64,000 nucleotides of DNA from IMG/VR virus record IMGVR_UViG_3300024261_000009, positions 32,001-96,000 of that record. One strand, given 5' to 3'. The notes beneath the pieces were generated by a model, which saw only the letters and a program-made list of their open reading frames with translations, was not told where the DNA came from and searched no databases. The translations under genes and the position numbers were made by a program. Positions 27,801-35,545 of this stretch are shown here, in pieces. Source of the stretch: a virus. The stretch's first letter is position 1; every line of letters starts with the position of its first letter.

Positions 27801-29167
27801 GCATGGCCCCTCTGACAAATAGAGATATAAGGAAGATGTCTTCCGGGGTTATTACTTCCGGGAAGATGGTTCGAGCCAAGGACCTGCGTCCCGAAGCGGG
27901 AGGACTCTTTGACCCTGGCGTGACAGGAGGGTTAACGGGGCAGAAGTGGTCTCACATAGAGTTAGACGAGCCCGTAGTCAGTCCTGTTTACCGGGACAGT
28001 GTCCGAAGAATACTGGGCTTTACTAACACAGAGCTCCAGGATACCGTGGAAAAAAAGGGCGGGGGGTTCATTAGAGAATCTCTTAAGTCTATAGATATCG
28101 ACGGTAAGATAAAATCTCTCACTAGGGAAGTTAGAACCAGATCTCCTGGGTCCTCTCAAGATGATGCTCTTAAGCAACTCAAGGCGTTTAAGGCCTTGAA
28201 GTCCCGAGGCGTTCGGCCCGAGGATGCCTACATTCTGGACGCGTTTCCCGTTTTGCCTCCTCAGTTTAGGCCTATAGTGCCAGGGCCTAAAGGAGACCTC
28301 TTAGTATCCGACGTTAACCACCTGTATAAGGACCTAGCCTTAGCTAATGAAAAGATGAAGGAAGCTAAGTCCTTAGGTCTTCCTGATAAAGATATAGGGG
28401 CCATGAGAGCCCATCTTTCAGACGCTGTTGGAGCTGTCGCGGGGCTTAACGATCCCGTTACCGACAAATCTCGTGCCGCGGCCAAGAAGGGGATTATTAA
28501 TACAATAGCGGGAACAAAAAGAGGCTTTTATAACGGGAAACTTATTAGTAAAAGATTAGATCTAACTGGGAGAGGAACCGCTGCACCAGACCCTTCCCTA
28601 GGTCTGGATGAAGTGGGTCTTCCCGAGGAGATGGCTTGGTCTATGTACCAGCCCTTTACGATAGGTAACCTGGTTAGGAGAGGGCACAAAGCTGTCCGGG
28701 CTAAAGAACTCGTAGAAAATAGGGACCCTATAGCCCGGGAGGCTTTATCTAGAGAGATTTCTCAAAGACCCGTGATTCTTAACAGAGCTCCCAGTCTGCA
28801 TAAGTACAGCCTAGTTTCCGCGTACCCCAAGATGATCCCCGGAAAAACTATAAAGGTTAACCCCTTCATTGAGGCGGGCATGAATTTGGACTACGATGGG
28901 GACGCGCTTCAGTTGCACCTACCAGCAACTCCTGGGGGAGTATCTGATGCTAAGAAGATGTTAATATCGGAAAACATCATGGGAACAAGGAATCGAGACT
29001 CTGTTCAGGTATTTCCAGAACTAGAATCCGTTATTGGACTGTATAAGGGGACAACGGGAACCTCCAGCAGGCCTATGCAAACGTTCTCTTCGCGCCGGGA
29101 GGCACTGGAAGCATACCGTAAGGGAGATATTTCTTTAAAAGACCCTGTAAGGCTAGTAAACGATTAA
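24806..29167 (+). CDS. rpoB/rpoC: Phage multisubunit RNA polymerase: beta fused to N-half of beta-prime (contains the catalytic DxDxD)
   Basis: Beta motifs: FVVKGNEYVVRHQL, HASHLGALDPFGTPE, LIPFLDSTQGNRAIM, VGDKLTNRYGAKGVV, SRINPGQ, GRMEINGL. Beta-prime motifs: WSHIEL, PVLPPQFRP, SKRLDLTGRG, LNRAPSLH, NLDYDGD (28883-28903). Confidence 0.96.
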   Translation: METLMKDLTPVVMNPYDRRDKIRTSAIQGVESLFPILGDHRDLEVNNLRVDKKDYSASDIKDAVLSGRTLGEQLKADVTIRDKNGQVIDVKKNHSLMRVPYFTPQNTFVVKGNEYVVRHQLRTMPGVYTRKRGNGELEASFNLAKGSNFRLSMDPEKGHMNMEYGSSKIPLYPVLRGMGMTHTDISKQWGSGVANQNQDAFDPKRDKHVDRLYKKLVPQRKVDSSLNTGEKVSVILDKYSNTLLDKETTKKTLGEAHTSVTPRSLLAASKKLLRVYKGEATSDERDSLEYQTLHSPEDFIRERLEHSGRNMRWKLKSKLDLTSKPEISKVLPSSTFTKPVDSFITTSQITTSPTQINPIALINDASSITRFGEGGIGSERAIPADVRTLHASHLGALDPFGTPESSKSGVDVRAAQHLYKDDRGRLHTILKNVRTSKNQFVPVSEIPRSTVAFSNQNTLSGSVDVLHKGKVTKVSPGKVDYQVPHSSVLYGVSTNLIPFLDSTQGNRAIMASKHVAQAVPLIGREAPLIQVGAPENSGYSSIEELVAKTIVLPTSPVSGRVTRVDDDFIHIRDSKGSPHKVVRFKDYPLASKTHINETPVVRRGDKVKKGQVLSDNNYTVDGVLALGKNLNVGYMAYRGLNSNDAVVISDAAADKLTSEHMVKRVLVLDNDLSLGDKKHAANFASRFTRDQYSNLKSGVVTPGTVLRSGDPIATAVRKAPPSVENEMFGRIHKSLRREYVDDSLVWEDPEDGEVVDVKQTGNRLAVTIKSKKRMKVGDKLTNRYGAKGVVSKIIPDAEMIQDASGSPIDLLWSSSGVISRINPGQIVETAAAKVAKKQGKPIVVQNFSNRDNVQWAKKLLKDNGLTDKEEVTDPITGKKIPNIMVGPQYVYKGFKSTDTNFSARGAGGSYDINQQPGRGGISGAKGMGRMEINGLLAHNARDILRENAVIKGTRNTEYWNAVRLGLPIPSATAPFAHNKFVSMLTGAGMRMNREGNQVSMAPLTNRDIRKMSSGVITSGKMVRAKDLRPEAGGLFDPGVTGGLTGQKWSHIELDEPVVSPVYRDSVRRILGFTNTELQDTVEKKGGGFIRESLKSIDIDGKIKSLTREVRTRSPGSSQDDALKQLKAFKALKSRGVRPEDAYILDAFPVLPPQFRPIVPGPKGDLLVSDVNHLYKDLALANEKMKEAKSLGLPDKDIGAMRAHLSDAVGAVAGLNDPVTDKSRAAAKKGIINTIAGTKRGFYNGKLISKRLDLTGRGTAAPDPSLGLDEVGLPEEMAWSMYQPFTIGNLVRRGHKAVRAKELVENRDPIAREALSREISQRPVILNRAPSLHKYSLVSAYPKMIPGKTIKVNPFIEAGMNLDYDGDALQLHLPATPGGVSDAKKMLISENIMGTRNRDSVQVFPELESVIGLYKGTTGTSSRPMQTFSSRREALEAYRKGDISLKDPVRLVND

Positions 29168-29219
29168 CTGGTAATGCAAACCTCGTAGTCCTATTTTAAA
29201 ACAGTCAGGAGAATATGAA

Positions 29220-29693
29220 ATGTCGCAACCCAAGTTAATACCACTAGTCCTGCTTTTCGCAACCCTATCGGTCCCTTTCGTAGCCACATCCCAAGACGGG
29301 GGCGCTAATGATTCCGGTACAGCCTCCTCTGCGGGCGAAGAATCTCCAGTGACAACAGCGCTTGGAGATCCCGAAACTGTAGAGCAGGCAATCCAATTAG
29401 TGTCTCAAGCCTTTGACATGGCCCTAGCGGGCCAGTGGCTCTTGCTAGCAATACTCCTGATACAGCTGGGGGTGTTCCTCATCAAAAGATACGCTCCGAG
29501 CGGTTACATGAAGGCCTGGGGGTCCGTTACTGTGGGCGCTCTGGCGGCTTTGATAGCAGTCCTATCCGGCTTATCCGGGGGATTGTCTTGGCAGGAATGC
29601 CTCGTAGTGTTCCTCTCGGGCCCGGCCTCGTCTCTAGCAGTAGACTTCTTGCACGCTATGGGCTGGCTTAAAAGAAAGACTCTCGATGCTTAG
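29220..29693 (+). CDS. Membrane protein (signal peptide + about 3-4 TM; possibly holin-like)
   Basis: Hydrophobic N-terminus, low-complexity linker, several hydrophobic helices, basic C-terminus; RBS AGGAG. Confidence 0.55.
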   Translation: MSQPKLIPLVLLFATLSVPFVATSQDGGANDSGTASSAGEESPVTTALGDPETVEQAIQLVSQAFDMALAGQWLLLAILLIQLGVFLIKRYAPSGYMKAWGSVTVGALAALIAVLSGLSGGLSWQECLVVFLSGPASSLAVDFLHAMGWLKRKTLDA

Positions 29694-29943
29694 TACTGCG
29701 TATAAAATCGGTAGTGTCACCGCTGTTGCTGACTTTCTAGCTAAGGCAGCCTCCTCGGAAACCTCTGAGTCGGGGGTGGCGGAAAACTTCATTGCCCGGA
29801 TCAACCAAATAACAGTGGGCTCTTCTGAAGAAGATGCCTCTCAGGCCAAACGAACGGGGAATGAGGTGTCTGCCTCAAGCCCCTCAACACGTCAAGCGGT
29901 AAGCTGGACGTCTCCCACGATAATTCATTCTGGAAGGCCTTAG
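29686..29943 (+). CDS. Small putative internal head protein (AYKxG leader)
   Basis: MLSTAYKIGS...FLAKAAS. Confidence 0.55.
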   Translation: MLSTAYKIGSVTAVADFLAKAASSETSESGVAENFIARINQITVGSSEEDASQAKRTGNEVSASSPSTRQAVSWTSPTIIHSGRP

Positions 29944-29946
29944 TAA

Positions 29947-30720
29947 ATGCTTAGTAGAGCCTACAAAGCCGGAAGTTACGAAGCTGAAGAGGCCTTTCTC
30001 GAGCGGCTATCCGGGGACCCGTCCTTTGAAAAGGTATCGTGGGCGGCACTCCGTACTATAGGATCCTCCCTCATGGGTACTGGGGCTAGGGCAGGGACAT
30101 CCTCAATAATGTCCGGCGTGGGCTCCGGAGCAAGGGCTGCTTGGGGTGCGGGCATGGCATCCAGACCCGTGTCTGCAGCTAAGTTCATGTTAGGCATGGG
30201 CGGAAAAACTAGGCTTGGAAAGAACCTCTCTTTTTGGGGAGCTTCTCCACTAACCTTCGGGGGTGTTGGTGCCGCTACGGCCGAAGAGGGAGAGAGGGGC
30301 GAAGCCTTCATGAAGGGTGTCGCTGGCGGCCTACTGTTCAACGTAGGTATGCGCGGAGGGGAAAAACTAGTGGGTGGGGGCTTACTGAAGGCCCTGAAAC
30401 CTAAGGCGGGCATTGGGTTGAACGCTTTTACAAAGCACACCGCAAAGAGTGTAAAAGCACACAAGGGTCTTATGCCAAAGGGGGTCCCGCCCCCGCAAGC
30501 AGGAGAATACGCCGTTGGTTTTAAACAGCTGGGAGCGGCGGATAAGTTACGGAGAGGCTCGGTAGCTACGGGCACCGCTCTCGGCGGGATGGCAGGCGGC
30601 TTCGGACTTTCGATGGCAGCAGACCCCCTGGTGAACATTTTCTCTAAGAAGAACGTTCCCTACAAGGTCCCTCCAATGACACACGTAAATAACCCGTATA
30701 ACCCGGTATACTACAGGTGA
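29947..30720 (+). CDS. Gly-zipper putative internal/ejection protein (AYKxG leader)
   Basis: MLSRAYKAGS...FEKVS; GxxxG-rich hydrophobic stretches. Confidence 0.6.
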   Translation: MLSRAYKAGSYEAEEAFLERLSGDPSFEKVSWAALRTIGSSLMGTGARAGTSSIMSGVGSGARAAWGAGMASRPVSAAKFMLGMGGKTRLGKNLSFWGASPLTFGGVGAATAEEGERGEAFMKGVAGGLLFNVGMRGGEKLVGGGLLKALKPKAGIGLNAFTKHTAKSVKAHKGLMPKGVPPPQAGEYAVGFKQLGAADKLRRGSVATGTALGGMAGGFGLSMAADPLVNIFSKKNVPYKVPPMTHVNNPYNPVYYR

Positions 30721-30724
30721 GTAG

Positions 30725-31081
30725 ATGTTAGATATTGCATACAGGATAGGTTCTCGAAGGGCAGAAGAGGAGGCTCTTTTAAAGCATTCCTCGCTGGCTA
30801 AGAGTTTAGCAGCAGCAGGCGTGTCCGGGAGCGTTATAGGTTCCGTAGGAAGCCAGTTGAGTTCCAGAGATGACGGTTCCCTATTCCTAGACCCCAAGCA
30901 GGTGTCCGGCCAGGCTATCACAGAGGGGGCCGCTACAGGACTAGGCGCAATGGGGGGGTTAGCCGCGGGTAGAACCTTCGGAAAAGGCTTTTGGCCCAGC
31001 GTTCTGGGAATGGCTCTGGGAGGTACTATAGCCCCTACCGCTGTAAGAAACCTAGGTTCGAGTAGAAACAATGTCTATTAG
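30725..31081 (+). CDS. Gly-zipper putative internal/ejection protein (AYRxG leader)
   Basis: MLDIAYRIGS; GAATGLGAMGGLAAG and LGMALGGTIA. Confidence 0.6.
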   Translation: MLDIAYRIGSRRAEEEALLKHSSLAKSLAAAGVSGSVIGSVGSQLSSRDDGSLFLDPKQVSGQAITEGAATGLGAMGGLAAGRTFGKGFWPSVLGMALGGTIAPTAVRNLGSSRNNVY

Positions 31082-32849
31082 TGGGCCTCTAGGGAGTGTA
31101 TTGGTCAACTCACTGCTTCCCGAAGTTCACCGAATTTCGGGGCCTCTGGATAAGAAAAACCTTCGGACCAGTTTAAAAGAGTACGCGCGTAAAGACCCAA
31201 GAGGGTACGCCGAAAAAGTTACGGATATTAAGAATCTGGGGGATGAGTTTGCTACTTACGAGGGCGTGTCCGTCGGCCTAGACGATATAGAACCTCAGTA
31301 CAGGGTCCGGGACCCTATCCTGAAGAACGCTCGAAAACAGTTCTGGTCGGCAAAGTCCGAGGACGAAAAGACTAAGGTGCTCCTAGCAACGCAAGATAAG
31401 CTGAAGGGCATAACTGGGTCCCACCCGGGCGACTTGGGTCTTATGGCTCGTTCCGGGGGTCGGGGAAACTTGGCTCAGATGATGAAGGCAACAGCCTCCC
31501 CTGTGGTGATTGGCGATTACCACGGAGCGCCGGTTCCCTACTTAATATCGAGGGGCTACTCGGAAGGACTAGCTCCAGCAGAGCATTGGATAGCGGGAGA
31601 CGAGAGTCGCGCTCAGGTTATTAAGGGTCAGTTAGGGACGGCGGACCCTGGGGAACTTGGGAATATAATGGCCGCAATGATGTCCTCTCAGGTTATCTCG
31701 TCAGAAGACTGTGGGACAGACAATGGGCTTCTACTAAAGTCTGGGGATACAAACTCTCTAGGCCGGTTTGAGGCGGGAACGAACAGAATAGTAGACTCCC
31801 GGATATTAAAAGCTGTAGGTAGGACCGGGGGCATTAAAGTTCGCTCCCCAATGACCTGCGAGCTCCCCTCTGGAGTGTGCAAAAAGTGTCAGGGAACGAA
31901 CAACTACGGAGAACTCGAGGAAATAGGTTCCAACGTAGGAGTAGCTTCTGCCCAAGCTTTGGGTGAACCTCTAACCCAACTAACGCTGTCTTCAAAGCAC
32001 GGTATAAGTTTTGTTGAAGGGGATCGGGATATACCCCGAGGCGTGGCTGCAGTTAGACAATTTCTAGAGACGCCCTCTTCCTTTATGGCCAAGGCAACTT
32101 TGGCCCAGAACAACGGAACGGTTACTCATATAAGCAGGGCCCCTCAAGGGGGGCACGATATTAATGTCTCAGGCACCTCTCACTATGTCCCTCCCAGTAG
32201 GGGTATACGAGTGTCAGTTGGCGACAGAGTATCCCCCGGGGACACTCTAACTAACGGGGTCCCGTCTCCGGTGGAAGTCGTTAAGTACAAGGGTTTGGGA
32301 GAAGGTCGAAAGTATCTTACGGATGCGATGCATAAGGTTTACGGGGACTCCGGAGTAAATATAGACAAGCGTCACCTAGAGAACTTGGTGAAAGCCCAGT
32401 TAGGGTACTACAAGGTAACAGGAAGCGGCATAGGACAGCACCTACCTGGAGAAGTGATAACCTCTAAGGAGGTAGAAGCGGCCTACCAGGTGAGAGCTAA
32501 AAAGTTTCCAGTATCCGGGGCAAGCGGTAAAATATTAGCTAAGCAGACTCTCCACCACCTCCCAGGGACTCCTATAGACTCCGGAATGGTCAACCAGTTT
32601 AGAGAGGCGAAACTTCCATCTGTTTACGCGGTGGAGGAGGACCCGAACGTGGAGCCCTTCGTTACTTCGGCTTCAAGGGTTCCGCTGCTAAATCCTGACT
32701 GGCTCCAGAGACTCGGACATAGATACCAAAAGGATACTCTGCTTCAGGCAGCTAACTACGGGGAAAAGTCAGACATACACTCGCATAATCCAGTCCCAGC
32801 CCTTATTTTCGGTACAGAGATAAGAAAAGGACCTGAAGGGAAGTACTAA
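31071..32849 (+). CDS. rpoC: Phage RNA polymerase beta-prime C-terminal half (bridge helix, trigger loop, jaw)
   Basis: RSGGRGN (SGARG), YSEGL...GTADPGEL bridge helix, EDCGT, VRSPMTC..GVCKKCQG, VGVASAQALGEPLTQLTLSSKH trigger loop, IDKRHLENLV. Confidence 0.95.
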   Translation: MSISGPLGSVLVNSLLPEVHRISGPLDKKNLRTSLKEYARKDPRGYAEKVTDIKNLGDEFATYEGVSVGLDDIEPQYRVRDPILKNARKQFWSAKSEDEKTKVLLATQDKLKGITGSHPGDLGLMARSGGRGNLAQMMKATASPVVIGDYHGAPVPYLISRGYSEGLAPAEHWIAGDESRAQVIKGQLGTADPGELGNIMAAMMSSQVISSEDCGTDNGLLLKSGDTNSLGRFEAGTNRIVDSRILKAVGRTGGIKVRSPMTCELPSGVCKKCQGTNNYGELEEIGSNVGVASAQALGEPLTQLTLSSKHGISFVEGDRDIPRGVAAVRQFLETPSSFMAKATLAQNNGTVTHISRAPQGGHDINVSGTSHYVPPSRGIRVSVGDRVSPGDTLTNGVPSPVEVVKYKGLGEGRKYLTDAMHKVYGDSGVNIDKRHLENLVKAQLGYYKVTGSGIGQHLPGEVITSKEVEAAYQVRAKKFPVSGASGKILAKQTLHHLPGTPIDSGMVNQFREAKLPSVYAVEEDPNVEPFVTSASRVPLLNPDWLQRLGHRYQKDTLLQAANYGEKSDIHSHNPVPALIFGTEIRKGPEGKY

Positions 32850-32851
32850 CA

Positions 32852-33676
32852 ATGAACCTCGTAGATCTAGTGGCGATGCCCGATAGTTTTGATAAGACCT
32901 CCTCCGTAGCCCAAAGCGCGTTAGGCAGGATACTGCTTGGCAACAAAAACCTGACAAAGGCCCAGCTTAGAGAAGGTAGGAAGTACGTTACTAGAAGCGG
33001 TTATGAGAAGTTGGACCCTAACAAGGGCATGATTAGGTCCCTCTTGATGGGGTCCGGGAAAAACCCGCTCAAGACCCTGGGGGCTAGGTTTCGTCAAGGG
33101 GGCGTCTTGGGTAAGGGCGGACTTCTAAGGGGAGAAATGGCCTTGAACCCCCTATTGTCAAGGAGCTACCTAAGAATTAAGCGGGGCGGGGGAACTGCGG
33201 CGGACTATAAAAACCTGGCAGTTTACGGAGGTGGGGGTGGCGCTATGAATGCTCTTCTTGTTGGGCTCCCTGCAGCGTCTATTTACAGCTCAGCAACAGA
33301 CCCGAATGTCCGAGCTCCTGGAGCGTCCGTTGGGATGGAGCTAGGAACAACCCTAGGATACCTCTTAGGGGGTCCTCTCGGTGCTATAGGCTCAATTGGA
33401 GCAGGCATGGCCGGAGGTTTTTCTGGGGGTTACGTAGGATCCCACTTAGACGGCAAGCCTATACAGCAGGTTAGTGACTTCGCGGATATCCCCGCAGGGC
33501 CCTATAATAGAGTAAGCAATTACCAAGAATCCTTATACGATCCTTACCAGAATCGGTACGGCGGTCCGGGTTCCTATACCAGCGTGGGACTTGCCCCTTT
33601 ACCCCAGCAAAACGCATATAGTTACGAATTAAGTCCTGAAAATGGCAATAATGGTCTTGCACTAGGCAGCTATTAG
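32852..33676 (+). CDS. Gly-zipper putative internal/ejection protein
   Basis: N-terminal SFDKTSS; basic N-half; GTTLGYLLGGPLGAIGSIGAGMAGGFSGG. Confidence 0.6.
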   Translation: MNLVDLVAMPDSFDKTSSVAQSALGRILLGNKNLTKAQLREGRKYVTRSGYEKLDPNKGMIRSLLMGSGKNPLKTLGARFRQGGVLGKGGLLRGEMALNPLLSRSYLRIKRGGGTAADYKNLAVYGGGGGAMNALLVGLPAASIYSSATDPNVRAPGASVGMELGTTLGYLLGGPLGAIGSIGAGMAGGFSGGYVGSHLDGKPIQQVSDFADIPAGPYNRVSNYQESLYDPYQNRYGGPGSYTSVGLAPLPQQNAYSYELSPENGNNGLALGSY

Positions 33677-33765
33677 GTACATCCTTCCAGAGGTTATATT
33701 TAAACGAGGGGGAAGTACGCCCCCGCTAAGTACAGAACGCCCCCAAGGGCTGAGGAGAACCGCTA

Positions 33766-34815
33766 ATGAGCGTTATTTTTAAGGTAGCTTACGCGCGTGG
33801 CGTACAGAACGCCCTGGTTAACACCGGTGCAATCGGTAAGTACGCAAACGAAGAAATGGCTGATGTTGCTGCGGAGATAGCAGCAGAGGAGATGTCCGAG
33901 GACGTTGAGCCTGTTGAGGGTCCCGTTGCTGCTGACGAAACAGCAGATGTTGCTGCTAAGCTCATAGAGCTTTCCCAGGCATCTTCGGAGACTGCAGAAG
34001 CAGCTGCAGAGCAAGCTGATGTTGCTGCTGAAGCAGCGGCGGCCGTAGCCTCTATGAAGGCTGCTTCTTCTGAGCTTGTTCATGCATCCGGAGGAGGCGC
34101 GCTGGCACCGAACACGATAACCTCGGCAGCCGCAATAACCGCAGAAGGCTCTATGGAAGCCGCAGCTCGACCTGAAGGATACGCGGAGAACCGACCCTCT
34201 CCCCAGGCTCCTTCAGCCCAACAGGGTATACAGCAACCCCACCCGGGAGCTATGACAACCACTGACGTAACTAAGGGAGCTTCCGCAGCGGCGATTCTGC
34301 GAAAGTTAGCCGAAGGAGACTTCGATCATACGACCGGTGGTGCGGGACCCAACGCTGTTGAAGACGCCCCCTCTGCCGAAGGAAAGATGGAAGCAGCAGC
34401 TCGACCTTCAGGTTACGCTGAGACAGGGCCCGCAGTAAGCGAGCCTGTAGCCCAGCAAGGCGAAGAGCAAGCCCACCCCGGATCACCCACAGGCGAAACT
34501 CTCGAGGGTAAGGTTGCCTCTGCGTTTGACGTCCTGTTCAACAAGACAGCTGAGGAAGTGGTTCCTCACCTTCCCTATGGGCTGACACAAGAGCAAAAGG
34601 TTGCCGCAGTTCGAACCATGATAGGTATGACCACGCCAGAACGCGCACAGTACATATCAAGAATCAAATCTGCTATGGAGTCCGAGGACGAAATGTCTGA
34701 GGAGGAGCGACAAGGAGCCAAGGAAGTCGCTGAAGAAGTTGTGGAGGAAAAGTTAGACGGGGAGGAAGCTAAGGAAGCTGCCGCTATTCTTCGACGTCTA
34801 GGCTTTGGTGTCTAG
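33766..34815 (+). CDS. Acidic Ala-rich core/scaffold-like protein with internal duplication
   Basis: 10 of 14 Lys are in K-x-A; AEGxMEAAARPxGYAE repeated; AAAILR(K/R)L occurs twice; RBS GAGGAG. Confidence 0.65.
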   Translation: MSVIFKVAYARGVQNALVNTGAIGKYANEEMADVAAEIAAEEMSEDVEPVEGPVAADETADVAAKLIELSQASSETAEAAAEQADVAAEAAAAVASMKAASSELVHASGGGALAPNTITSAAAITAEGSMEAAARPEGYAENRPSPQAPSAQQGIQQPHPGAMTTTDVTKGASAAAILRKLAEGDFDHTTGGAGPNAVEDAPSAEGKMEAAARPSGYAETGPAVSEPVAQQGEEQAHPGSPTGETLEGKVASAFDVLFNKTAEEVVPHLPYGLTQEQKVAAVRTMIGMTTPERAQYISRIKSAMESEDEMSEEERQGAKEVAEEVVEEKLDGEEAKEAAAILRRLGFGV

Positions 34816-34873
34816 TAGTAAATGTTAACCCCTCTGGGCACCTGAACGGGGGGCTATAAAGGGTCCCTATACT

Positions 34874-35542
34874 ATGCCCTCTGAATTAAGTTTAGCCGAT
34901 TACCTGTCGGCAAATCCCGCCACCCAAAGTGGGAGTATAAAGAGCACTCCTGGTTTGAGGTTCGGTGACCTGGCCTCAAACCCAGGCGTCTCTAAGTTCC
35001 TTAACGCCTTAGGCGGAAGCCCCGAACTATCCCCCGAGATAAAAGCTTTAGCTATAAAGTACCTCGAACAAGACCCTACTCTTAGGGACATGGAGATAGG
35101 AAAAGTTCCTAAGGGGAGAGACGCCTTTAACTGGGGAACGGGAAGACTCGCCGTTAGTAGTCCAGACCCAGATATACTATCTCACGAGGCTTCCCACGCA
35201 AAGATGTTACGGGAAGAGAGTCTTTATAGAGACATACTAGGTATGTCTAAACGCATAGTAGGGCTAAATAATCTAGCTAGTATTCCCGCTATTCTAGGAA
35301 TAAGATCATTTCTCGGGGATTCTGACACAGGAAATACTATCTTAAAGACACTGGCGGGGGCGTCCATATTGGCGGCAGCCCCCAATATTATAGAAGAGAC
35401 AAGAGCTACAGCGGAGGCTTTGGCTAAAAGTGACGATAAGTTAAGAACGGCTATAGCGTTGGGGCCTGGTCTGGCTTCACACTACGCGCATGACTTAGTC
35501 GCTCCAACAGCCTACTATTTGGCAGGAAGTAAACTGGATTAG
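34874..35542 (+). CDS. Putative virion Zn metallopeptidase (HExxH...E)
   Basis: ILSHEASHA, downstream IIEETRAT, hydrophobic helices in between. Confidence 0.65.
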   Translation: MPSELSLADYLSANPATQSGSIKSTPGLRFGDLASNPGVSKFLNALGGSPELSPEIKALAIKYLEQDPTLRDMEIGKVPKGRDAFNWGTGRLAVSSPDPDILSHEASHAKMLREESLYRDILGMSKRIVGLNNLASIPAILGIRSFLGDSDTGNTILKTLAGASILAAAPNIIEETRATAEALAKSDDKLRTAIALGPGLASHYAHDLVAPTAYYLAGSKLD

Positions 35543-35545
35543 AAC

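Noticed and set aside
24806-29167. Cellular rpoBC (host contamination or prophage flank)
   Set aside because: Far too divergent, lacks the beta-prime Zn ribbon, is split before the bridge helix, and is flanked by portal and head genes rather than ribosomal protein genes.
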